A stretch of 64,000 nt of DNA from Octopus vulgaris. Its lineage: Eukaryota. Shown piece after piece: positions 13,544-26,774 of the stretch (position 1 is its first letter; every line of letters starts with the position of its first letter). The DNA lies in assembly GCA_951406725.2 (NCBI GenBank), contig OX597819.1, forward strand, positions 123,814,001 to 123,878,000, read 5' to 3'. The notes beneath the pieces are model-generated. The model was given only the letters and a program-made list of their open reading frames with translations, did no database searches and was not told the origin of the DNA. The position numbers and the translations under genes were made by a program.

Positions 13544-14075
13544 GCGTGTATAGAATTGTATATGTATGCATATTGTAAAAACATATATATACAGAGAGAT
13601 GCATAAGTAAACTTGTGTATGTGAATATGCATGTGTGTATACGTACGTGTGTGTATGTATACACGCATAAAGGGTTGGTTGTACGTGTGTATATATAAAT
13701 ATATATAAATATGTATATACGAATGTGTGTATTATGCAAATATATCGGTTATAGAACTAGATACTAATAGATTTATATTTAGGAATTTACATAATTTCAG
13801 TTAGATTAGTTATTTATGATTAAGCTCGTTCTCAAAAGGTGTTTTTTAAATGCGTTAGCAGTTATACAATTTTCAATTGTGAAATATTTAAGATATGTCG
13901 ATCTGATGAAACATCATTATATTTAAACTGGATTTTATTATTCTTGAAAACTTGGTTTTATAAATGAAGTGGAAACATTTGTAATTTATGAGATGTGTCA
14001 TTTGTTTATATAAAATAATTATAAATTGAATTGATTCTATCTTTTTACTTTTTATCAATCTTCCTCTATATCTCA

Positions 14076-14100
<25 letters not shown>

Positions 14101-14106
<6 letters not shown>

Positions 14107-14380
14107 CACGTGACCGACCAGACCATCAGATGTTGTTACACATCGCTGTTCACAATGCGTTTGCATTGTTTTAGCCTTCGAATGACGAGCAGGCCAACAG
14201 AAGAAAGAGTGGGAGAAAGAGTGGTGAAAGAGTACAGCAGGGATCACCACCCCCTGCCGGAGCCTCGTGGAGCTTTTAGGTGTTTTCGCTCAATAAACAC
14301 TCACAACGCCCGGTCTGGGAATCGAAACCGCGATCCTGCGACCGCGAGTCCGCTGCCCTAACCACTGGGCCATTGCGCCT

Positions 14381-14382
<2 letters not shown>
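14101..14382 (-). mobile_element. SINE family B2
   Basis: Same head as B1 with the B2 tail. Confidence 0.9.
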
Positions 14383-14476
<94 letters not shown>

Positions 14477-14512
14477 ATATATATACATATATATATATAT
14501 ACACACATATAT

Positions 14513-14600
<88 letters not shown>

Positions 14601-15555
14601 TCTAGCAAACACACCCGTCCTTTGGACAGTTTAAGTTACTTTCGTGGTATTTTTACGGAGAAGGTTTATGAGCAGCACGGCAATCTACGTTTCCGATTAG
14701 CCTAGGAACAGGAAACCAAATTGAAGGCTGGTTATTGTGGAGGTCGTTGCACGTTGATTATCATAGAACATATAAGATTGCAAGCGATGCAAGGTAGAGC
14801 TACTGAAATATTTGGGGAGTAGATTACAGATAATTACTACGAAATATAGTTGTTTTACATGAAAGTGAAATTTTTTGTCAGAATCAGCCACATAGATGGT
14901 ATAAGGAAACTGAAGGAAGACGGTGAAACTCTGCGAGTTTATTTTATTCAACATCAAAGGGAGCTATTATTGATGCGTTCAAAAATGGCAACATAATACC
15001 TAATTGAAAAAATACAGTTAAAGGAATGTATTTGCTACGTGCTTACAGCGTATAGTCTCTTTGTAATTGACTTCAGATAACGAAAAATAAAGTTTGACTT
15101 CAGTTCACGAATACTGCTTTGAATCTTCAGCAGTTCCTAGTGAAAAGTTGTCGCATTGAAAGTCAGACAGATAATTGTGAAGTTGTAAAGACGTAAAAGT
15201 GAGCAGAGTACACTTATATATGTACTCAAAATAACCAACATGAGTTTTATTGAGAGAAGAGAGTTTACTGAGAGTTGTTCCCTGCATATAGCGACAGTCG
15301 TTAATGAGCTATCATGAAGGATTAAAAAGGATCATGTCCGCCCACAAAGCACAATGAAAATTGGAGAATGATTGCGTTATATTCGAGGTTTTAGCTACTA
15401 GACCAAAGTCAGAATGTTGCCCAGTACACACCATGAAGATATAAACTCTCGTGAACCATCCCACGCCAATCTGCGCCGTCCCAAGTCGTTGTGCCGAAAC
15501 AGCTGCTAAAGAGTTGACCTGAAAAAGCGCATCGATGTATTGGTGAAGGAGATAG

Positions 15556-15937
15556 TGGAGGCGCAATGGCCCAGTGGTTAGGGCAGCGGACTCGCGGTCA
15601 TAGGATCGCAGTTTCGATTCCCAGACCGGGCGTTGTGAGTGTTTATTGAGCGAAAACACCTAAAGCTCCACGAGGCTCCGGCAGGGGTTGGTGGTGATCC
15701 CTACTGTACTCTTTCACCACAACTTTCTCTCACTCTTACTTCCTGTTTCTGTTGTACCTGTATTTCAAAGGGCCGGCCTTGTCACTCTCTGTGTCACGCT
15801 GAATATCCCCGAGAACTACGTTAAGGGTACACGTGTCTGTGGAGTGCTCAGCCACTTACACGTTAATTTCACGAGCAGGCTGTTCCGTTGATTCAGATCA
15901 ACAGGAACCCTCGTCGTCGTAACCGACGGAGTGCTTC
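15556..15937 (+). mobile_element. tRNA-derived SINE family B1
   Basis: A box TGGCCCAGTGG, B box GTTTCGATTCCC; flanked by AAGGAGATAG repeats (likely TSD). Confidence 0.9.
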
Positions 15938-15949
15938 TTACCTCCTACT

Positions 15950-17015
15950 AAGGAGATAGCCATGTAGTCGACGGTGTGGCTTCATCGGGACGGCAGAGCA
16001 GAGCTGCAACTTCATTAACATGTGACTGGTTAAAGCATCCTAGGTACTCTCCGATAGGCATTCGGTCAGTCCTTATGATACCTTCGAAGTTGGGCTCACC
16101 TGTATGTCGGCATTGTATAGCAGTTTTAAAGTCCCTCACATATCGGTTTGGGGTGTTGAGCATTTCCTGAAGTTCATTCAAAATAGGCAATTTTGTTCCA
16201 GGTGTTACCTGATCTCGGCGAGCCATTTGCTCAGTGGTAGCTCGCATGAAGTAAATTTGAAGGAATCGGTTTTCAGCGCTGTTGAGAGGAAGATGATAGG
16301 TTTGGCCCTAAATTTTTAACTTTGTCATATAAGAGTCTTCATGAACGGGTTTGTGACCGAAACTTGTCATCTGGAAAGCAGAGTTATAAGTGCAAATTTC
16401 CTATATAAATTGCTGCAAAGGCTGGGGAGTATTTTGTAGGCCAAAGAAGCGATCCTTTCCGTTTGAGCAGCATAGTCCATTGTCTTCTCCAACCGACTTG
16501 AGGGCCTTGCAAAATGGACATATTACAGACATATCCTCCATAACAGTCTCTCGGTGAGTGGCGTAATCCTCGGTATGATCATAGTTAAGCCCTTTTGATG
16601 CCCATCGACTACTCGATAGCTTCCAATAGCCATGGGCAAGACCCTTCCGGTGAACATTAGACTGAAGTTCGATAGTAATCATCATCTGCCAATCCTCCGG
16701 CAGAAGTGGAGGCAGCGTTTCGTGCCTGACTGATAGCAATCTCTTCTGGGGCTTTTTTCGGCCTTTATGGTAGAGGTGGATGCAGCGTTGTGTGCCCGAC
16801 GGATAGTACTCTTTCTGGGGTTTCTGCGGCCTTTGCGTCAGCAGCGGGTACTCGATAGGTTTCACGCTGCTCTGGACTACTAGCAGCTCTAGCAGCGGCA
16901 GATATCTTCAACAATCTACAAGACCTCTGGTTCTTAGTTTCCTTATTCTGCCAGCACTGATGACCGCTGCAAAAGAATATCGGCTAACGCGCACTCGCTT
17001 TTTAGGTGGTATGCT
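15950..17015 (-). mobile_element. Helitron RepHel N-terminal pseudogene fragment
   Basis: PPKKRVR start, CPFCKALK...GLCCSNGK zinc finger, LQEMLNTPNRYVRDFK, VNEVAALL; frameshifted. Confidence 0.8.
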
Positions 17016-17453
17016 TGTATTGTCTGGAAAAGGAAAATGGCTTTTAGTGTACCAAGTGATTATCGATTCTATTATAAGGTACCAAAAGCCTCTTTATTCT
17101 GTCTTCCCACATACCCTGCGCATAAAGTAACAGCGAATGTTGCATAAATTTAAATTGGTATGGAGGGTTTCTTAAAGATAAGAATAACTTTCACTAGTGG
17201 AAGCAAAACTCTTATTTAAAGGTTGATTCTTTGGGACGAATCATATGTGATTGTTTAAAAAAGCTTGAACGATAATGCTAAAATGTATTTGAAACAATGG
17301 ACAACAGTCGAAACATAATGAATGGGTAAATAAACATCCTTAAAGTGAAATGACGCATTGGTCGGTAAACAAAGGTAGTCGTCCACTGTCTATCTACTCC
17401 TCATTTCGAGCCACATATAAACATACATGCATAAATGTATACACACACACATG

Positions 17454-17503
<50 letters not shown>

Positions 17504-17504
17504 T

Positions 17505-18195
17505 ATTATATTATATTATATTAAATTAGAGATAAAACCACTATTAGGCAAATCAAACAGTGAAAAACATAAGCCAATACATCCTAGAAGGTATTGGAAT
17601 ATCCTTCAAAGATGAATTCCAAAATAGCGGTTCTATCTTATCTGTAAATTCCATAATTTAAGAAATTGAGATAGTACATTCAATATATGTAATTTATCAA
17701 TATATTAATTAATAATAATAATATTAGGGAGTAAATCCAAACTTACAGGGAAAAATTAGATTTAGGATTAAATCCAATTTTATAGTATAAATATATTATA
17801 TTATATTATATTAAATTAGAGATAAAACCACTATTAGGCAAATCAAACAGTGAAAAACATAAGCCAATACATCCTAGAAGGTATTGGAATATCCTTGATA
17901 AATTACGTATATTGAGTGCAATATCTCAACTTCGTAAATTATGGAATTTACAGGTAAGATAGAACCGCTATTTTGGAATTCATCTTTGAAGGATATTCCA
18001 ATACCTTCTAGGATGTATTGGCTTATGTTTTCCACTGTTTGATTTGCCTAGTTTTTCACTGTTTGATTCGCCTAATAGTGGTTTTATCTCTAATTTAATA
18101 TAATATAATATAATATATTTATACTATAAAATTGGATTTAATCCTAAATCTAATTTTTCCCTGTAAGTTTGGATTTATTTCCTAATATTATTACT
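17505..18195. repeat. Direct plus inverted rearranged terminal repeat of an AT-rich PLE-like family
   Basis: 17505-17605 repeated at 17795-17896; 17895-18195 is the reverse complement of 17715-17800 plus 17505-17700; terminus resembles 6120-6175 and 26100-26150. Confidence 0.7.
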
Positions 18196-18861
18196 ATATA
18201 TATATATATATATATCAGAAACTGAAAATGAAAATTCACGAGATTCATTATTAAAATACGCTACAGTTGTTCTGTGTCCTGATGTTTCTATTAATTATCA
18301 GGTGCTTCTATTAATTATCTTGTATGACATATAAGGACTGCGTGTCGTCTGATGACTTTTTAAAAATTACCTCACCTTTTATTCTCTTTTTTTTTTCACC
18401 CAGCTCTATTAAGATATAAATTTTGGTTGTCTACTACACTCTAGCAGTTCTCACAAGAAATTGAGAGAATATATAGTTTCTTCTCTCAACCGAGTGAAAT
18501 AGAGAAAAGAAAGAGCGAGATATTTATTCTAAAAGTCACCTGCGGTTACCCAATCTGTGCCTGTGTTACAAGATAATTGTTTGCACAGCATCTTACCTGT
18601 AAGGTATAAATGCAGGATAACTCAAAACAATTGCAGTGTTAATCTTATTTTCTGTCTTTGATCAATTCGAATAAGCTCCACGGTCACCAAGTAATTCTTG
18701 AAACGAACCCAGAGTTGATTTTGACATCGGGTAATCAATAACTATAGACATGTATTAGACAGCATCCTACATGGTTTATACACGAATATAATTACAAATA
18801 TTAGTCATAATAGTGTTACCAACTAGATAGATTATGCTCCGATGAAGACATCAAATGACAC

Positions 18862-19090
18862 CTATTTCTTTACTACCCACAAGGGGCTAAACACAGAGGG
18901 GACAAACAAGGACAGATAAACGGATTAAGTCGATTATATCGACCCCCAGTACGCAACTGGTACTTAATTTATCGACCCCGAAAGGACGAAAGGCAAAGTC
19001 GACCTCGGCGGAATTTGAACTCAGAACGTAACGGCAGACGAAATACGGCTATGCATTTCGCCCGGCGTGCTAACGTTTCTGCCAGCTCGC
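18862..19090 (-). mobile_element. SINE family C monomer
   Basis: GCGAGCTGGCAGAAACG head, GAGTTCAAATTCC B box, GCCTTTC.TCCTTTCGGGGTCGATAAA central domain. Confidence 0.9.
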
Positions 19091-19271
19091 TCTGCCCTGG
19101 TGCGTGTCTTTATTATTATCATTATGACCCTCCTGAGATAAAAATTAATAAAAAAATAAATAAATAAAATGTGTTGTTTGGACAATTTAGACAATTACCC
19201 TAAATTCTAAATTTATTTGTATTATATCTAGTCCCGGGTAGGTTTATAAATTACCACATCTTGAGAAACAT

Positions 19272-19545
19272 TACGCACTGGGGTCGATATAATCGACTTA
19301 ATCCGTTTGTCTGTCCTTGTTTGTCCCCTCTGTGTGTAGCCCCTTGTGGGTAGTAAAGAAATAGGCATTTCGTCTGCTGCTACGTTCTGAGTTCAAATTC
19401 CGCCGAGGTCGACTTTGCCGTTTATCCTTTCGGGGTCGATAAATTAAGTACCAGTTACGCACTGGGGTCGATATAACCGACTTAATCCGTTTGTCTGTCA
19501 TTGTTTGTCCTCTCTGTGTTTAGCCCCTTGTGGGTAATAAATAAA
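19272..19545 (+). mobile_element. SINE family C tandem (partial unit plus headless unit)
   Basis: Junction AAGAAATA|GGCATTTCGTC near 19363. Confidence 0.85.
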
Positions 19546-19904
19546 TATATATATACACAGAAGAAAACAAGAGAGGCCCAAGTGATTGAATGTGAACGAC
19601 ATGATACCAAAAACAGTACAACTCCTGCTTCGCAGAACTTGTCGCCTCTCTTCGCCTCTTGTATTCAAAGGATAATGTTTTATGCTTTCTGACAAGTTAC
19701 GTTGTCTGTTTCCCGTCTTCTTGTCCTTTATCGTTCACATGCCACATTTCCATTTACTAAAAAATAATTCCCTTCAATATCAGCTGCGATACGAACTCAC
19801 TGTCCGCAATACAACTTTAACTTTATACTTTCACAAATATCAAAAAAAATACAGTTGAAATTGAATATTTATCAAGCTTTCACTTCAGTATGTGCATATA
19901 TGAA

Positions 19905-19994
<90 letters not shown>

Positions 19995-20153
19995 TGTGCG
20001 CCTCTGCATAGACTAGCGTAACAGCAAATTATGAGAAATTGGCAAGGGAAAGCAATCCTATTATATGAAGCAAGAGTTATTCCCCATGTTTATATTTTGT
20101 CTATTCTTATTTCGCTAAGAATGCTGGATTCCCGTGTTGATTTGGTCGTCATA

Positions 20154-20752
20154 TATTTCTTTACTACCCACAAGGGGCTAAACACAGAGGGGACAAACAA
20201 GGACAGACAGACGGATTAAGTCGATTACATCGACCCCAGTGCGTAATTGGCACTTAATTTATCGACCCGAAAGGATGAAAGGCAAAGTCGACCTCGGTGG
20301 AATTTGAACTCAGAACGTAGCAGCAGACGAAATACCTATTTCTTTACTACCCACAAGGGGCTAAACATAGAGAGGACAAGCAAGGACAGACAAACAGATT
20401 AAGTCGATTACATCGACCCCAGTGCGTAACTGGTACATAATTTATCGACCCCGAAAGGATAAAAGGCAAAGTCGACCTTGGCGGAATTTGAACTCAGAAC
20501 GTAGCAGCAGACGAAATACCTATTTTTTTACTACCCACAAAAGGGCTAAACACAGAGCGGACAAACAAGGATATACAAACGGATTAAGTCGATTATATCG
20601 ACCCCAGTGCGTAATTGGTACTTAATTTATCGACCCCGAAAGGATGAAAGGCAAAGTCGACCTCGACGGAATTTGGACTCAGAACATAATGGCAGACGAA
20701 ATACCGCTAAGCATTTTGCCCGGCATGCTAACGTTTCTGCCAGCTCGCCGCC
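20154..20752 (-). mobile_element. SINE family C trimer
   Basis: One headed unit plus two ~183-bp headless units. Confidence 0.9.
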
Positions 20753-20827
20753 TTGATTTAGTCGATATAGTGGTTTTAGTTGTACTACAGAGATAATACG
20801 CGCGCGCGAACGCACGCGCACACACAC

Positions 20828-20896
<69 letters not shown>

Positions 20897-21407
20897 AGGC
20901 TAACACACGGTTTCCGTTTTACCAAATCTAACAGTTTTCTTTTACCAGTTGCCTTTCACTCAAAGCATAGAACGGCCGGGGTCTATAGCAGAAACATCTA
21001 TCTAAGATCCCGCGCAATGGGGCTGAACCCGAAACGGCGTTGTTGCAAAGCGAACTTCTGAAGCACACAGCCATTCTTAGATTAACAATGTGCTAAAGCA
21101 TCTGGTTTCTGAATGTAGGTTCAAATTTCAATAGATGCCATCTGCACATCTTCGTGCCATAAGTCGTTACGATTTCCCGGTGGAGTATATTTTCCGGTGG
21201 AGGCACAGAACCTTTAATAAATTTCGAGGAAGATTACTTTCCTCTCAAATGGTTTGTAATATTCTCCTCTTCCATTCGCAACATGTGCCTCTCTACAACA
21301 AGCACTCATGGCTGCATTAAACGACTGTCGGGACGAATGCTTTTCTTTGTCTCATGTTCAATTACCGGACTCTATATCAAAGAAAAATTGGAAAATGTCT
21401 AATAAGG

Positions 21408-21822
21408 TTTCTTTACTACCCACAAGGGGCTAAATACAGAGAGGACAAACAAGAACAGATAAAGGGATTAAGTCGAATACATCGACCCCAGTGTGAAACT
21501 GGTACTTAAGTTATCGACCCCGAAAGGATGAAAGGCAAAGTCGACCTCGGCGGAATTTGAACTCAGAACGTAACGACAGACAAAATACCTATTTCTTTAT
21601 TACCCACAAAGGGCTAAACATAGAGGGGACAAACAAGGACAGACATGGGTATTAAGTCGATTACATCGACATCCAGTGCGTAACTGGTACTTAATTTATC
21701 GACCCCGAAAGGATGAAAGGCAAAGTCGACTTCGGCGGAATTTGAACTCAGAACGTAACGACAGACGAAATACCACTAAGCATTTCGCCCGGCGCGCTAA
21801 CAATTCTGCTAGCTCGCCGCCT
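21408..21822 (-). mobile_element. SINE family C dimer
   Basis: Headed unit plus headless unit, junction near 21589. Confidence 0.9.
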
Positions 21823-22143
21823 ATGTCTAACAAGGTATAATTAAAATCAATATGTTGTTCAAATCTCTCTCCATGACACATATACTTGAAAAGCCATCAA
21901 AGAGGTTGTCATTGGCAAATAAATCGGTTCCAGCTGGCACTGGTTGACAAGAGACCGTAGGTGGAACCCTGCAACGGTCCAGTACTCAGTCCTCGCAGCC
22001 CCCACTCAACTAAAGGTGACAAGCTAAGGGGCAAAACACTGGTGACCTTGAGATATCAGCAGAAGGATTCAGAAGATCTTGCAAAATTTCTAATATACTC
22101 TTGAGGCTTCGACGTTAGGCAAATCATCTCCGATATTTATTTG

Positions 22144-22283
22144 TGGCGAGCTGGCAGAAACGTTAGCACGCCGGGCGAAATACGTAGCCGTATTTCGTCT
22201 GCCGTTACGTTCTGAGTTCAAATTCCGCCGAGGTCGACTTTGCCTTTCATCCTTTCGGCCTTGTGGGTAATAAAGAAATAGAT
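22144..22283 (+). mobile_element. SINE family C, internally deleted
   Basis: Head joined directly to the CCTTGTGGGTAATAAAGAAATA tail. Confidence 0.85.
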
Positions 22284-22803
22284 ATTTATTTGCCCTAGGC
22301 TTTACTAAAAACGACATCGTACTAAGGACACCAAAATGAATAATTTTCTCTGAGATAAAATTAATTTATCCAATACAACTAGCACTTATCTGCTCTTTAG
22401 GATTGACTCTATATTCCAACCTCGTTACTAATCATGGTACCTGAGCCAATGTAGATTCTGCTTCACCCTTCATATTTCCGACATTAGATATCGCATTTTG
22501 ACAGCTAGTTCGTAAACCCTAGATTTCCTCTGGTTTATCTGAACACATGTTCATTTGCAACATTCAAATGTATCTAAGCATTCTGGAGTTCACAAATGGC
22601 TTTTGTTTGTATGCCAAGGGTCCTGGAATATCACTCAGGTTTATCCTAATAGCAAACTCAATGACGACCTCTTTACAACAAATGTCTATACAGCAAGCCC
22701 TCTATTTGTCTCAGATCACTGATATCTGCGTAAAACCACCGTATGGATAGAAGCATTTCTTCTCTGCTTAGTCAATTACCAAGCTCTATATGAAATAACG
22801 TAA

Positions 22804-23139
22804 AGGCGCATGGCTCAGTGGTTAGAGCGTCGAGTTTACGATCGTGAGGTCGTGAGCTCGAATCCCGGACCAGGCTGCGTGTTGAATTCTTGAGCAAGAC
22901 ACTTTATTTCATGTTGCTCCAGTTAACTCAGCTGTAGAAATGAGTTGCGACGTCACAGGTGCCAAGCTGTATCGGCCCCTTTGCCATTCCCTTGGATAAC
23001 ACTGGTGGCGTGGAGAGGGGAGGCCGGTATGCATGGGCGACTGCTGGTCTTCCATAAACTACCTTGCCCAGACTTGTGACTCAGAGAGTAACTTTCTAGG
23101 TGCAATCCCATGGTCAGTGCCGTGACCGAAGGGGGTCCC
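22804..23139 (+). mobile_element. tRNA-derived SINE family D
   Basis: TGGCTCAGTGGTTAGAGC A box, GCTCGAATCCC B box, followed by CTTGAGCAAGACACTTT...CTCAGCTGTAGAAATG central domain. Confidence 0.8.
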
Positions 23140-23974
23140 GATATGAAATAGCAAACACATAAAAATGCCTAATAAAGAACATACAATTCAATGCATTGCC
23201 CATACCTCTTTTTATAACACCAATATTCTTAGAATTAAATTCCAGTCTTTACAGTACATTATCTCCAACAACCAGTGGCACATATCCCTTCTTCAGGGCA
23301 GATTCCATATTCCAGTTTCTTTCCTAATTATGGTATTCTGAACTACGCAATCCGATTTTCTCATCATATATCCGGTATTAGAGATCGGTTTTTGTTCTTT
23401 TATTGTTCACGTTTAGCGCTTGATCTCATTCTGTCATGTTTATTCGGCTGGAATTTTTCTTTTACTGTCAGTCGCATTTTAAATTTTCTAGATGTCTTTA
23501 GGTCGTCATTGATTCTGCTGCTAGGATACACTTCAGGGATATTCCAAGTAGTGAGGCATACAAACAAAAGCCATTATTGAACTCCAGAATGCTTAGAAAC
23601 ATTTGAATGTTGCAAGTAAGCATGTGTTCAGATGTAATCAGAAGAACTACGTTGCAATTGATAGTGAAAGAACATCCATCAAATTTAAAATGTAAACATG
23701 AAAATACAATAAATTTACTGTAACTTTAATGGGAACAGATACACAACACGTGTAAATCTAATATGTTATGTAACAGCTGGAAAAATGAACGTGGAAATGG
23801 CTATATAGGATCAATAAATTATATCTCTAAGAATTTGTGACAGCAAAGTGTTGAGTATTTTCACAAACAATATTGCATTTCTGGTGAATATTGTAATGAA
23901 GGCCCAACTTCATAACCTTAATAGATAGTAATTATATATATATATGTATATATATATATTTGTATGCATATGCA

Positions 23975-24330
23975 TATAATAATAATTGTGTACAGTGCTC
24001 AGGTGCACTACAACTCATCTAAAGTGTATATATAACCAGGTGTAGTTTCGGCGGATTTCGGAAAGCATGAGGGCCTTAAAGGATGCAGTGTCATGGCAGT
24101 CAACAACTGACACAGGCAGTTTATTCCATGCTTCAGCAACTCTGAGCGTGAAAAAATGTTTCCGAAAGTCATGGGAGCTGTGCTGTTTTCTGACTTTGTA
24201 GGCATGTCCACGTGTGTTAGACACATGGAGATCAAAAAGGTGTTCAGTGTTGTTGTTGGTGAGGTGGTTGATAACTTTGTGGATGTTTGCCAAGTCCGTC
24301 GCCAGACGCCGGAGCTTCAGTGAATCCATG
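23975..24330 (-). mobile_element. CR1-group LINE 3' end
   Basis: LKLRRLATDL...NTRGHAYKV...RKHFFTLRVAEAWNKLP and short (TTA)n tail. Confidence 0.85.
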
Positions 24331-24348
24331 TATGTATATATATGTATG

Positions 24349-24414
<66 letters not shown>

Positions 24415-24415
<1 letters not shown>

Positions 24416-24605
24416 TCTTTTACTCTTTTACTTGTTTCAGTCATTTGACTGTGGCCATGCTGGAGCACCGCCTTTTGTCGAGCAAATCGACCCCAGGACT
24501 TATTCTTTGTAAGCCCAGTACTTATTCTATCGGTCTCTTTTGCCGAACCGCTAAGTGACGGGGACGTAAACACACCAGCATCGGTTGTCAAGCAATGCTA
24601 GGGGG

Positions 24606-24636
<31 letters not shown>

Positions 24637-24805
24637 CATATATACGACAGGCTTCTTTCAGTTTCCGTCTACCAAATCCACTCACAAGGCATTGGTCGGC
24701 CCGGGGCTATAGCAGAAGACACTTGCCCAAGATGCCACGCAGTGGGACTGAACCCGGAACCATGTGGTTGGTTAGCAAGCTACTTACCACACAGCCACTC
24801 CTGCG

Positions 24806-24807
<2 letters not shown>
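24415..24807 (-). mobile_element. SINE family A, full length
   Basis: Reverse complement of the 8577-9003 type. Confidence 0.9.
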
Positions 24808-24856
<49 letters not shown>

Positions 24857-24859
24857 ACA

Positions 24860-25545
24860 CACAAAGTGTTCAAAAAGCCTCTCCGCAGTAAGTATTTATA
24901 AGATGGTATAAGACTACTAAAGCATATATATTAGATTTTACAAGACTTTAAAAAACTTCATAAGAGGTGTTGAAAGTATTGTCCTTCATTTGTAGTGGAC
25001 TGGTGATTGTGATTGAAAATTTTCATAGTGTATTGTTCATTGGTTCTAATATTTTTGTACCTTTCATTAATTTATGGGGCTGAAATGTTTCTTACTTTCC
25101 AGTTACAAATAATTCTCGCCATTATATCATTTTATATATATATATTAATAGTTATAAGTTACGGTAAATATTAATTATTATATCTATTTATTAAGATTTT
25201 TTATATAGGGATCTAACGTATTACATTTAATTTAATTTGAGATTTAATTTCGTTAGACAATATATTATTTAATTATTAGTTGATATATTTATTATGTAGT
25301 ATTAAATTTTAAGATAATTAGGTATTATATTAATTGATATTTAGTCAACTATATAATAGATTGAGATATTAAATCTACAGATACTACACACGTATATTAA
25401 TTATATAGTTAGTTTATTTAATGAGTTTGTCTATATTTGAACCATTTCTTATTTTGATTACAATTTAGTGACTTGTACTAGCATTGTGTATATTAATTAA
25501 TTTTAAAGTATTGAATAATTTAAGTATTGTTTTAGTTTTCACTCA

Positions 25546-25581
<36 letters not shown>

Positions 25582-25713
25582 GTAAAAAGTAAAAAAACTA
25601 CAGAAAGCTTGTTTTAAAAGGTTAAAGAATATATATTTAAGTCAATATGTCTGAAGAATATTATGAATTTTTTTCTTTACAATGACATAGTTTAGAAGAA
25701 ACCAACTTTCTTA

Positions 25714-25762
<49 letters not shown>

Positions 25763-26165
25763 GTATATTTATTAATTATTTTATTATTCTAGTTTATTTT
25801 TAACCTGATGAGTGGCTATATATATATCGAAGTGATTTTACTACTACTATTAATTTTTTACTATAATCATTTCTTAAATATAGCCACGAAACACGTGTCG
25901 TTATTCTACCAGTTGTATACGTTTTTATTATTTTTTGCAATTTACTTAATTATTGGTATTTTATTGTTATTTTAATTTTAATATTTCTATTATATGTAAT
26001 TTTCTAGATGGTGTGATTTAATTGTTCATTTTGAAGTGATAAAAGGTGTTTTTTTCTAATTTTTATATATATATATTATATTGTGTGAAATTTGATTCAG
26101 TATTTCTAAATTGAATTTTTTTCCCTGTAAGTTAGGATTAATATTCCCTCAAATAATAATAATTA
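24860..26165 (+). mobile_element. AT-rich hammerhead-bearing element, diverged copy 3
   Basis: Reverse complement of 4125-5520; flanked by (TA)n. Confidence 0.7.
25801..25903 (+). ncRNA. Type I hammerhead ribozyme, canonical core, long stem II
   Basis: TAAC-CTGATGA-GTGGCTATAT...ATATAGCCAC-GAAAC-ACGT-GTC^GTTA; predicted cleavage after 25899. Confidence 0.85.
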
Positions 26166-26166
26166 T

Positions 26167-26238
<72 letters not shown>

Positions 26239-26244
26239 TATATA

Positions 26245-26425
26245 AAGGGAAAGCTTACGAAAATAAACAAAAGACGATGGCAGGTGGAGTACAAACAAAC
26301 AAATGTATTAGTATAGCGCTCAGGAATAGAAAAGGTCTTTTGCGTTTCGAGCCTACGCTCTTCAACAGAAAGATACACAGAAAAAAAAAAGAGAGAAACA
26401 AGGAGAGAAAAAAAAGGAGGGAACC
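26245..26425 (-). mobile_element. Solo Neptune-type pLTR fragment with minimal variant hammerhead (26337-26372)
   Basis: Minus: CTTT-CTGTTGA-A-GAGC GTAG GCTC-GAAAC-GCA-AAAG; flanks resemble 60230-60400. Confidence 0.65.
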
Positions 26426-26774
26426 AGACATTTACACCGTTGAATTTTTGTTTCCTTTCTACAGGCTGTGCTGTGATTTACAGTTTTCGTAATTGTACAG
26501 TTTGAATATATTGACAGCCGCTTATCTCCTTCATTTTTACCATGCGTTTAATCGTGTTATTGTAATAAAAGGTATTTGGGAATTCAGGGAGAAAGGAAAG
26601 GTTAAATATTCACAGAAAAATGTAGATCTTAAAATGTTTTAAGTTTCTAAAGATGATTGTTTGTGTGTCCGACAAGAGAAAACTGTAGTGATCTTACAAT
26701 CAAATGTATGTTTATATTTTCGAATTGTCAGGGATAAAGGAAAGGTTAAATATTCAAAGAAAATTCTAGGTGCG

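Noticed and set aside
15556-15630. tRNA-like sequences at SINE heads (also 5640, 8577, 22804)
   Set aside because: Followed by SINE bodies and lack a complete cloverleaf; not tRNA genes.
20154-20752. Regularly spaced repeats resembling a CRISPR array
   Set aside because: Whole ~183-bp units repeat with no unique spacers; eukaryotic SINE multimer.
21885-22085. Possible C-terminus of an RLE-type LINE (KAIKEVV...GSSWHWL)
   Set aside because: Match too short and degenerate to call.
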